A stretch of DNA of 63,079 nucleotides, filler included, from Choristocarpus tenellus KU-1152 (lineage: Eukaryota; Protista; Phaeophyceae), in NCBI GenBank assembly GCA_964200185.2. It is 9 parts of 9 records of this genome, joined end to end, with 100 filler letters (N's around TTAATTAATTAA, not from the genome) between each part and the next. Parts side by side here need not be neighbours in the genome. Positions count along the whole stretch, not along the records: positions 37,353 to 40,881 come from CAXNAD020019436.1; positions 40,982 to 56,548 come from CAXNAD020000973.1; 7 more parts are not named here. One strand, given 5' to 3'. Below are positions 37,419 through 48,809 of the stretch, in pieces. A program made the translations under genes and the position numbers. Below the pieces are notes generated by a model. That model searched no databases. It worked only from the letters and a program-made list of their open reading frames with translations, and had not been told where the DNA came from. Each line of letters starts with the position of its first letter. Position 1 is the first letter of the stretch.

Positions 37419-38248
37419 TTGACACTCAACGACAACCTCCACTCGGAGGGGGCGGTATCGCTGCTGGCATTACCTTGGCGCTAATCACACTTCAACAAGA
37501 GACTTTATTTAGAGCCCACCTTTTCCAATCTCTCTATGGATGGCTCCCTTTCACCCTCGAGAGAGAGAGAGAGAGAGAGAGGAGAAGGCTTCACCTCAAT
37601 CTCTGCAAGAAAACAAGCAAAAATATATATATATCCTCAGGACCGATCGATCGCACTTACCCCCCCCCACGGTACTAACTGGGTGATTTAACTCTTTGAG
37701 TTAACTCTTAACTACCGTCAGAAATAGAAGCGTTTACTCCGGTGGGCCACTGACCAATCCAAAAGTTCTGGAATTACATCAAGAGTAAGAAATCCGAGGC
37801 TGGTGGAACGACCGGGGTGTGGTTCTACGCATTCATTAACCATTCATCATTAATTCATTAACCCCTAACAGAAAAATGTTGAAACAGATTTCAAACACCC
37901 CATCGATTTAAGGACTAAGTAACTCTAGTAACTCTAGTCTTCTGACGTGCTGCATCGACTGACCGCACTTTTAACTTTTCGGGTGAAAAATAAAAAATAA
38001 GAAAATAAAAAAACATAACAATTTCTTCGCGCACCCCTTAACAAAAACAACCCTTACAATAAAACATCGTTCCCTCACTGTGCCTCCCTCACAGTCCTTT
38101 ATCGCACCCACAATATACACTAAAACGGTTCGTCGTGTTTCAAGACCCCCCCAAAAAGATATATATAGCGTCATCCAAACAAACATGTGCGATCCATTGT
38201 GCAAGCTCTCCATTCCAACCTCGATGCAAAATTCAATACTCCCTTCGT

Positions 38249-38478
38249 CTCATACGTGACGTTACATCAATCTCATACGTCATGTTACATCAATCTCATA
38301 CGTCATGTTACATCAACCTCGTACATCACATTACATCAACCTCATTTGTCACGTTACATCAACCTCATACATCATGTTACATCAATCTCATATGTCATGT
38401 TACATCGATCTCATATGTCATGTTACATCGATCTCATATGTCATGTTACATCAATCTCATATGTCATGTTGCATCAAT
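38249..38478 (+). repeat. 23-bp minisatellite, 10 copies
   Basis: Unit ctcatatgtcatgttacatcaat with variants, head-to-tail and without spacers. Confidence 0.9.
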
Positions 38479-39050
38479 CACATTTCTTTCTACTGCGGAT
38501 ACGGTTGTTGCTGTGGATGCCTCGCATAAAAATGCAAACATCTTTATCCTCTTCCTAACCCCCCCACACACATATATGTGTGTGTGTGTGTGTGTGTGTC
38601 TATGTTTTTGTGAATCAAAAAAGCTTGGTGAGTAAGTACCATACATACCCTTCACAAAAAAAGCCTCACCTCACAGGCGTTCACAACACTCAGTCGAAAT
38701 CAGAACGTGCGTTTAACACATGAGGCGAGGCATTTCTGAGAAGAAAAAAAAATCTCACCACAGGGCACAGCGTGTACAAAGACACACACAAGAGGGAAAC
38801 AAACCAACCAACCAATCAAATCCTTCGGATTCAAAATTCGACTCTACTCTCTACACAACCAAATCAAGATCACGTGTTCTGTATCTATAAACTGTATCTA
38901 TAAACTGTATCTATAAGACAGCCACAACCCACACTCTTAGTCGCCCCTGTCACACTACAACCCAAACCATGGAACCAACCAAAATAATATGTATTATATT
39001 TTTTTTAAATACATCTCTAAAAACAAAAAAATAAAATACAATAAAATCAC

Positions 39051-40320
39051 CTTGTCTAGGCACGTTATGTCATAGCGCTTGGCATAGAACTGGGCAGCAG
39101 CATCCCCGACCTCCAACTTGACGGCCAATAAGAAGCCAACCAGGCCCACAGTCAACAGCCAACCTGCCAGTCCCACAGAGATAAGGCACAATCTCTTGAC
39201 CAGCCTAGATGTAGATGCCTCTATGGGCTGTATCAGTAATCGATCAGGGGTGTTCCCATTGTGCAACCGGAGGTGGGGGGAGGGCGGTGAGTAAGTTAGA
39301 GGGCAGGTGGGCATGCTATTTGTGTAGTCTATCCTCTATCGTGAGAGGTTTAGGGTTAGGGGTGTAGCCTGGCAGAGGGGGGGAAGGGGAACAACAACAC
39401 GCACTTCCCAATTCTCCAGGCAGAAAAAAGGAAATGCGTTGATATAATCCGATTTTTTATTAATATTTATTTTTAAATACGCAAAACATGCACATAACAA
39501 CAGCACTCCTATAAATAAAATAATAAAAAATCATTGTTGTTTTTGAATGTAACCATACGCACGGAGAGGATTTACAGAGGGGGGGGGGGAAAGAAGAGAA
39601 AAAAAAGGTTGTAAGAACAGACTTGCCAACAATGCTTAGAGAACGTCTCAAGCGAGGTCGAGCAGAGAGAGCTGGTTGTAAAAAATGAAACGATCAACGA
39701 TTCCAAGTGTCTTAGGGTTAGGGTAGAGCCGCGTCCATCTGGTGTCCAAAATCCAATGTTGTGATTTTGATGTAAGTTTGACTATTTTGTTTGTTAGGAA
39801 GTGTCAGTATCCTTGTTCCGGACACACCTTTTCATAACGTATACAATTTACCTACTCCGAAACATTTTGGACTAGGTAAAATGTCATTAAAGTCCGTTGG
39901 GAAGCCAAGCTCCAAATGGACAAACAGGGCAAAACTCATAGTACCCTCTAGGATATAACTTCACTCACATGACCTTCCTTCAGATCAAAACTGCTGCCAC
40001 ACTGACCAAGCCCAGCAAAAAAAAAAAAATGGGGGCCAGAGTGGGAGGCAGCAGGGCAGCAAGGGCAGCAGGGGGGCGGCACACAACACCCTCACACCAA
40101 AACCCAACACTCCGAGTGGGAAATAGCAGTACTGATGTACATACCAAAATACAGACAACACACACAAACACAAATAGACATGTGCAAACCCTGGCAGATG
40201 CACCTTGCCCTTGGCCAGCGGAAGCAGCACTGATACCACGCCAAGTAAATTGACAATGAGCCCCACCATGTGCCCTGCTGCGGTAAGCACCCCCAACACC
40301 TTTCCTGCTGAGCTGAGATC
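39051..40320 (-). CDS. Multi-pass membrane protein, two internal exons
   Basis: Phase-0 exons 40320-40204 (…LTAAGHMVGLIVNLLGVVSVLLPL) and 39227-39051 (…LCLISVGLAGWLLTVGLVGFLLAV…YDITCLDK) have clean cag/GT ends, and each carries one hydrophobic helix. Confidence 0.55.
39705..39968 (-). repeat. Dispersed repeat family B, copy 2 (intronic)
   Basis: Reverse-complement similarity to 8248-8501. Confidence 0.8.
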
Positions 40321-40383
40321 CTGCATTAACACGTGGACACAGAAAGGTTCACCAATTGAACGGGGGAGGGGGGTGGGATGGAA

Positions 40384-40480
40384 GGGATTGGGTTGGGATG
40401 GTGGGGATTGGGTTGGGATAGTGGGGATTGGGTTGGGATAGTGGGGATTGGGTTGGGATGGTGGGGATTGGGGGGGGATG
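40384..40480 (+). repeat. 20-bp G-rich tandem repeat
   Basis: gggattgggttgggat(a/g)gtg repeated about 4.5 times. Confidence 0.85.
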
Positions 40481-40881
40481 GAGGTGAGGGGATGTTCTCT
40501 TCTTGTAATGTTGAACTTCAAAAACTGTTTGTGATGGAACATTGGCCAGTTCTACGGATACTGTGCTCATGCTTGGTTTCATCCAATGAAATCGGATTGA
40601 CATGAAAAAAGAAAACAATATATGTTCTTCTTCTTCTCAGACACCTATCTCTGCTTTTACTATTCAAACTTCAATACCTGATATTGAAAACAAAAAAGTC
40701 ACACTAAAGAGAGGTGCCCATGAAACCACCATGACAAACATTGTCAAGTCTTACAAACCATTACTGAAGTGAAGCACTATTGAAAAATAAGGGAGGGGGG
40801 GAGGGGCTGGGTACCTAGTTCCTAACAAAAAGAAAACACAGAGCACGCGCCGGAAGAGGAGAAGCACACACTATGAAAATA

Positions 40882-40981
40882 NNNNNNNNNNNNNNNNNNN
40901 NNNNNNNNNNNNNNNNNNNNNNNNNTTAATTAATTAANNNNNNNNNNNNNNNNNNNNNNNNNNNNNNNNNNNNNNNNNNNN
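40882..40981. other. Artificial contig spacer
   Basis: N44-TTAATTAATTAA-N44. Confidence 0.97.
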
Positions 40982-41780
40982 ATCCTCGTAGTCCCGCTCC
41001 ATCCCCAATTTTGAAAATCCCCTGTTAGTTACTGAGGTGTAAAATAATGAAATAGCAATAATAAAAAACCATCCCTTTTTCCTCTTTCATTTGTTTTCCC
41101 CATCGACAGTTCGATCAACCTTCTCTTGTTAGATGTATATACATGTGTAGGAACAAGTGTGAGATGCCCAACCAGGGTAGAGATCTATGACTGTCATCAT
41201 CACAGACCTTCACGTCAACAACACTATGCCCATCTCTGTATTGATACTATAGGATAGCACATTCAAGAAATGCATGCCAGGAAGACGATCACACTACTAC
41301 TATTAGTAGTGGTGGTGATATGAATGGTAATCGTCGTCATACCACAACCTGTTGAAGAGTGTTAGGCCGCAACACTATGTTGCCTCACAACACAATGTGT
41401 AAATAGCATTTAAGGTATCATTGAGTTATGGTATAGCGTATGTTGCGTTGAAACAGCGACATACGTTATGTATGTATTGGACGGAAGTGTTGGGGGTGTA
41501 TCATACTATTGCACCACAGTGTTGCGCATGTTTTTGTACCTAGTGTTATGGGTATAACATAGTGTTGAGTGTTATGTTGTCCAGGACACTCTACATAAAA
41601 AAACACTCACCATCAAACAAGGAGTAAGGGGTGAATCATTCACTCTGTAACTTAACATCTTGGTCCCTTGTGCGTTCAACACCAGGCGGCCTAGCCTCTT
41701 GTACTCCTTAAGCGTGGTGCAAGGGTCTAGAGAGGTGTAAACGTGTTGGTGGGAGAGACTGGGTCGACATTTTGGGAATC

Positions 41781-44700
41781 ATGACACCAACAGCAGCGAG
41801 TACGATGTGCATGGTTGGCATCGTAGCCTTTTCCAACACCTGTGCTGGATTGACTTTCACCGCGACCCCCCACTCATGGTCTGGTGAGGGTAGACTGAAA
41901 TAAGGATGAAATTTGCGGAAAAATAGGAATATGGACCATGGGTGATTTGTTTGTCTTGATGTGTTGTGCTTGAGAGAGACGTGTCGTATTGGCTTCACAA
42001 TACCGACATCTCGTTAAGGACCAGCACTCTCTGAATTTCTTCGATAAAACAATCCTTTAGACCTTCAGAACAAGCCCAACTGTGGCCCATGACAGGGGGG
42101 CAGTGCTTTCCACCAGACCGTCGACGAGATGTTGGCCTTGATCCTGTTACTACACAATCAGGAACAGCAATGGGGGGTGTATTTAGGGGGAAGTATCGAG
42201 GGCAGGCTGGAACTGGGCGGCGTCGAAGACGATTATCTAATGGAGGAGACTGGGCTGTGCTTTGGGGAGCAAGGAGAGGAGGCGCCAGTGATGAAGGTAA
42301 AGGTGTCTGGTCCCCCTTCAAACATTTGACAAAGAAAATGGTTGAGGTCTTGGTGACTCTGACTGTGTAGTGCCTGGATTCTAGGCCCCTGAGAACAGTT
42401 TGATTTGTAGCACCCAGTGGATATAGGAGCAGAGCGTTCCTCATAACCCTGTTACGTCTGCGTAGGTGAAGCAGATATTGCAAACATGTTGAAGGAGACT
42501 GGGATGAAAAGCCTTTTGGGACAAATGCTCAAAGCTGCCGGGCAGCGCCAGCACTGGAGGGAAGCTATCACCTTGTTTGACCAGATGAAAGCTGAGGTAT
42601 GCGTAGTGCAGCACAACGCCCATAAAAAACAAGGGTTCACTTCTGCCTAGTCCGACCATGACAGTAAATACCTTGAGTTGTCGACATGATAGGCTCCCAG
42701 TTTCCGATCCAAGCAAGTTTTTCCTGTGTACATTGGTTATTGGAATTTTCGGCTCCTTTCTTCATCTTGAACGCAATTTTTTTGGTCAGTAGTTTGATTA
42801 GCTTCAAATGTTGCTTTTGGCCAGTCTTCCCTTTGGGCCTGGTGTTACCCCCGTACTTTGCTTGGCCCTCTTGAAAATGCTTCATCCATTAGAGGTAGAA
42901 TCCTACCTCTCCATCACCACACATGACATTTATCTTCTCCCATTCCTGTTTCCTAGGCTCTCTTCATTTGCAAAGAATAGTGTATATTGTTCCTGCTCTT
43001 GTTACACCCCAAAACAGAACTCAACAGATTGATCGTCCAATGTGTTGTGGGAGGACACTCAAGTGCTTCATTCATGGGGGGTAGAATCCTACCTCCTCAT
43101 GACCACACTTGACCTATTTCTTCTCCCATTATCTTTTGCCTAGGCTCTCTTCACTTGCAAAGAACAATGTCTGTTGCTGCTGCTCTTACCGCGTCCAAAT
43201 CCATTATTGACAAATTGTCTGTCAAATGTGATGTCGGGGGGCACCGGGTTGGCAATTAGGGTATCAATCCTGGAAAGGCAGCCTATACAGCTGCACTGAA
43301 AGCTTGTTGCAAGGGGGCCGAATGGAAGCGGGCTGTTGAACTATTCAACAGTTGCATTGAGGTGTGTGGAGGTCGAGCTACAGTAGGCGGTGGATATGAT
43401 GTTGGGGTCTGAGGATGGGGTAAGGCCTGAGGGTGTGGTTTGTGGAGTAGAGAAATTGATAAGTTTGTATTAATGCTATTTTTTTTTTTTTCACTCTTCA
43501 TGACCGAGGAAAAACGGCTACATAGTCGAAGGTGAGAAGAAAAGCTTCTATCTTCATCCTTGGGCAGTATTATTTGTCTTACTTTCGAAGATTTCTCATA
43601 CTAGGCAAATGGGGATCCTTGGTGGGATCTTCCCCACAACAGCTTGGCCGCGTCATTCAGGGTGAAACCATGGAATTTTTTGTTGCAAATCTTCAAAGCT
43701 GCCACTGGTACATGGATAGTGTTGTGGAGGAGGGATTGTGCTTCAAGGTTATCCACTGGTGTAAATGTACTCTTTTGAAGGACCATAGTGTTTTTTTGAG
43801 AAATCTATGTGGAACCCCAATGATGTATCTCGAAGTGTTGGTACTTGCATTGATAAATCGGCATTGTCCATTATGTGGCACGAGGTGGTCCGTTGTTGTG
43901 TGAGAAGGCCTTACGCATGCAATGCTACTTGGTATCTAGGGTTAGGATTCTAGAGGTCTAGCCCTCGATTTACCCCTCGCCTACCCATCATACCCCTTCT
44001 ATGCTCCCAATGATAATGCTCTGCCAACAACGGCACCGTTGTCTGTGCCTTGGGTACAAATGTTGATCTTGATGACCGGTCGCGTATAGGATGGTTTTGA
44101 GCTGGATGAGCTTATGGTCTCCTCGGCAGTCAAGGCTTGCTGTCGGGCTGGTAGGCCGTTGGAGGCAGAAGCCCTTCTGGTGAAGGGCTTGTCCATGGGG
44201 GTAGAGGTTGAGGTGAGATGTACCATCAGTAATTGCAGAGTACCCTTGCTGGTACACTATTCCGTGGTTGAGTTGGTCGGGATGTACTGTCAGTTCTCTG
44301 GTATAGTACTTCCCAGCAACCAGTGTGCATTCTCTTTCCTCTTCCTGTGATGTTTATGAACTAATTGCTCTAGTTGTCCCTGCAATCCTTTCGTTCAAGG
44401 GTGCAACCACATGCGATCAATCCACCAGCTCCTACTCCTGCTTGTCCGTTGACTCCCCAGCAAGTCATGACCTGGTGTGCACCCCCGCATACTTAGTACG
44501 ACCCCCTCATTGCTCTCTCGCCCTTCTGTTCTTCCTTTGCCTCATCGGAACATTAGGTTGGAGTGTATACAGCAGTCATGAATGCCTGCTACACGGTGGG
44601 GGATTTGAATGCCATCTTGAGTGTGGCTGAGAGGATAAGAACACAGAACCTTCGCCCGGACCACAACGCCTATCACCTCATGGTTACATCGCATATAGGC

Positions 44701-45499
44701 AAACTGGTGAGACTATTTGTTTTTACCAGGAGTGGGTGCAGATGAGAGTACTAGAGGCAGAGAAGGGGCAGTGTTTGGGGACTGCTGACTATCAGAGATG
44801 TCAGATGTCAACAACTTGGTTTGCTTGCAAGCTTTAGCTTTGCCTACTGTTGTTGTCTGTTTATATCAGGGCACGATGTCCGAGTACTGGGATACTGATA
44901 CTGTTTATATAGATCATGTGGAATTTTGTTCCTTGCAGACAAGGTCAACCCCCATGCCTTGTCTGCCAGGCAAAATCATGAAAGCAAAAAGCCTGTCAAG
45001 CCGACACCTGACGTGTTTGCTAGCAGCAGATGCATCTCGAGGGTGGGGGGTGTCTAAAGAGTGATGCGGGGAGGTGATTATGGTTGATAGATAGGAGTAT
45101 GACTAATTGTTTCTGATTCGGCAATGTCTTGCCTGTGCAGAGATTGTCTCTCACTTTTGTCCACACAAGGTAAACATGGGCCCTCACTCACGCAAAACTC
45201 GAATTGCTAAGGGTTGGTGCCTATCACTATGTTTCAAACAAGTAAATCTCTTCATTACAAGCGAACAAAGGGAGCTTTGCGTTCCCTCCAAGCAAATGGG
45301 ACACACCCGATGAGTTCTTGTCCCATCCCCTTGCGTGCCTCCGCAGGACTGGGTGGGTGCCACTAAAACTTTGGTGGATATGAGCAAGGATGGCTTGGCT
45401 CCTAGTAGCATGTCGGTGCGGCAGTGGCGTCTGGCCTCTGCTGCCATTGAGGAAATTGACCTGGATGTGAATGAGTATGATTACGATTTTGAGTCTTAG
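41781..45499 (+). CDS. Pentatricopeptide-repeat (PPR) protein, ~329 aa, about 5 motifs
   Basis: Exons 41781-41883, 42069-42296, 42466-42596, 43260-43361, 44090-44212, 44557-44706 and 45347-45499 are GT-AG and phase-consistent. 35-aa motifs include WREAITLFDQMKAEGINPG, AYTAALKACCKGAEWKRAVELF, VYTAVMNAC and AYHLMVTSHIGKLDW..MSKDGLAPS. The first two exons are less certain. Confidence 0.85.
42894..43188 (+). repeat. Diverged ~186-bp tandem duplication in PPR intron 3
   Basis: ggtagaatcctacctc...ctaggctctcttca.ttgcaaagaa occurs at 42894 and 43080. Confidence 0.75.
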
Positions 45500-47818
45500 T
45501 CAGACGAAGATGGTGGAGGTTGGGAATAGAAGGCTTTTCGACAATGGGCAGGGAGGAGGTTGGAGGAATCAATAAGGATGATCCCCTCTTTGTAAAAATC
45601 CTAGTTCGTTGTGCATGTGTGAGAAGATTCTATGCAACGTGTTTGTTGAGTAGATTGAGAATGTGAAGCACTTTCAAAAATACCCGTCTGGCATATGAAC
45701 TCTTTTTCTTCAACCATGTGTGGGATTTAAAAAAGAGAGTCTGTGCCGAGTTGATTGGCGTGCTCTGCTGCAATCTTTTTATGGGTGGGCGTTCACGGTC
45801 ACTGTCCAATCATCTACACCCCAGCCGTTAAAGACATGTTAGTTGCCGTTTTGGTCTCCTCCAATGTGTGTGAGGATCTCCTCTGCATGCTTACAATAAC
45901 AATAGAAATGTGATTGGAAACCGTGTGAGATGATTGGTATATGCTGTGGATGGTCTGCGCTCAACCTCTTTTGGTATGGACTCAAGTCACACTTTGGCAT
46001 ATGCGCAATATTAGTGGTTGGCTTTGTAGTTATTTTCCGAGATCTATAGATTTTTGGTTACTTCTGTATTTTTGTATATTTATTTATCTCATGGTTGGGA
46101 AGGGGGTGGGATCAGCAGGCATACTGTAAGGTTTATATGAATTTGGCGATAACCACTGATATGGGAAGTATTACGGCTGGTTTATTTGATATGGTGTGTA
46201 CCCTATCAATGTGTGAGATGATAGTATTAGAGGGTATTTTTTTGGTAGTACGGATAAAAGTTTATCATGACCCCTTAAATAGGTAGGGTAAAATCAAAAT
46301 ACTGTTCATGAAAGGAGTACAAACTCCAACATCCTCATTCTTAGGTGAAATGGACCTGATACATATTGCTCCACAATACTGTGTCTTTAACCACAGGATG
46401 GCAAATTCGATTTAGCTAGGTCGGAAACGCGAGCCTTCCCAATGGCCATTTCCATTCCGTCAGTCCCGTAAGAACTCTGTATCCATGTCGACAGAGGTTA
46501 TTCAAGTTACATCTCACATAGATTTTCTTATTCATCCTGTTGTAAAATGTTACGTTCCAGTCCCACCATACACACACACGAGTGATTTTTCATCAGGACT
46601 TTCTACTTACATGGTATATCTCCGTATACTACTACTCTTATCTACTCACTGTGATTGGTGTGGTGACTTGGTTGGACCCTTCCCAGCAATTTTGGAGAGT
46701 CCATTTCAGTCCCCAGACATCAAAATTCTTGTTCCATAATTCTTGTGTCAGATGGGTAAAGTGGTAACAATAGCTTCGCAGTCTGTGGTAATCTTGCTTC
46801 TTTTCACTGTCTTGCCAGGAGAGGTGTGCAACAATATACATATCAAATGAACGCCTATTATGCCAAGAGGGGTTGAAGATTGTATTCAGGAATGTACTAA
46901 CTCCAGTGAATGGGAACTATATCCCGATCAAAGAATGACAAAACAGCGGGTGCAATTTTGATGGTCAAAACCTCAAAAGGTACAAAAATGAAGTGGTTGG
47001 CTGAATTCCCTGTAAAAACCTGATCCGGGATAGGCTCCTGGCAAAGTACGGTGCGTGTGACCATACCAAGGAAAAAGCAAGATTCTCGGGCATCTTTTTA
47101 ACACCTTTTCCAGGCTTTCTGTGAACACACACACACAGGTGACCCACACAACATCATGGACCACGGCGGCGAGGAAAGGAGAGCCGCCGAGGCCACCCCG
47201 GCCCCTGGATCTACCCTTGGCACCTTCTCTGTCGAGAGGTGACAGAAAAACAAGTACCGTGTGACACTCAGTGCGATGTTAGGTGACGAGAAAGTGGGTG
47301 TACTGTGGCACAGCAGCATGATCAAATTGTGCAATGGACCACACGGCAGTGACACTGACGCTGAGAGAAGATGCATGGAAAGCATTATTACCACGTTGGA
47401 TCTTTAACCACGTTGGAGCACTGCTCTGCAGTCTCTGCCGCCTTGGGAAAGCAGGAAGAGAACAGCGAGTCCATCACCAGGTAGGTGTGGTACAGTGACG
47501 AAGCCTGTGGGGAAGCCCGGTCATGGTGGGCGATGGGAGAACCAGGGTGACCGCCCGAAGGAAAGATTGAGGAAGAGAGCAGTGCGACTGCGTGCCATTG
47601 TGCTCAGGAAACGCCTAAGCAAAACCCGGGTGTATATCTTAGTAGTCAACAGTTGCAGCAGGGCCTAGCTGTTTGGAAGCTATGTGAGCCAGAGTGGCTT
47701 AGGAACGAGAAAGTGTTAGGGTTGGGCTACAAGGGTTCTGAACCCCGAAAGAAGGTCCGGCGCTCAATGAGGAAAGGTGATAGTAGAGGCTCTAATACTG
47801 TGAATCCTGTACCTCTGT

Positions 47819-48045
47819 ATGAACGACGGGAAAGACCGTCAAACGACGCTCGAGATGGCAGCAGGATATGCGATGGTCAGGTCGGAAACTGTGGGTAAAT
47901 GGGAGAGAGACTTCCTAACTAAGGGCCACATCAAGGTGTCGGAGCAAGGGCACGACGAGAGGCATTTCGTTCTGGGCCTCGATGAGGACATCCTTACTGA
48001 GGTCAAAGAGTGGGTATGTGAACACCCAGGAAGAAAGGGTGGGAA
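47819..48045 (+). mobile_element. Possible N-terminal HTH fragment of an IS630/Tc1-like transposase
   Basis: ETVGKWERDFLTKGHIKVSEQGH..FVLGLDEDILTEVKEW resembles the W...F...G.I..S..G.H...LL.DED....V..W pattern I recall from eukaryotic DDE transposases. No catalytic domain is seen. Confidence 0.4.
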
Positions 48046-48809
48046 GGCTTTTTTCCCACCTAAACCCAATACTTCAATGAAGTAGTAGTATATCTGTTTC
48101 CACTCTTGGTGACCTACAAGCCATGGTTCGAACCCCAATATGAGCGATCTTTCTTCAAAAATAGAAAAAAATGGCGAAAAAAAACGAAGCCCGTACGTAG
48201 TCTGGAGGGGCATTACGTGCTTTTTATTTTATTTATCCGATGTCTACATCAAAGTTATGACGGGACGGATGAGGTATTGGTACCACCATAATATATTATG
48301 GGTAATTATGGCGAAGTTTGGGTAGAAGTTGTAGGTACAACAAATTAGGTGTGAATATATCTTGTTCACGCCATGTGATACATGTGGAGACCCCCCCTTC
48401 CCCAAAATGATACATCCCTTATCAGACATACCAAAACCAACTCTGAAATTCACAAAGCAGTAAGCACAGCGAACATGAGAAGTCCTGGATACCTTTTTGA
48501 CAACCAGTGATATCTTGATATCTTGCTTTTTGCAGCGCAGGGAGTCTCTACTTCCACTCTGTCACCTCAGTGGATGGTTGGTATTTTTGAGTTGCCCACT
48601 CTCCAGGTCTATCTTTCACTTTGAACTCAAAACTCGTCACCTAGTAACCAGAGGGGACTGTGACTATATCCTCTCGCAGTCTATAAGGATTGAAAAGAAG
48701 ATCAGGGCTCTCACCAGTGAAGACAAGGGTTAGAGTTGGAGCTGGGCTGAAGTTAGGCCAAAGACAACAGCGCAGCCACAAGGACAACTGAACATTTTCA
48801 ACATTTGTC

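Noticed and set aside
38249-38478. CRISPR-like array, and the repetitive ORFs 38135-38635 and 38187-38558
   Set aside because: Units are head-to-tail with no unique spacers and there are no cas genes; the ORFs merely translate the minisatellite.
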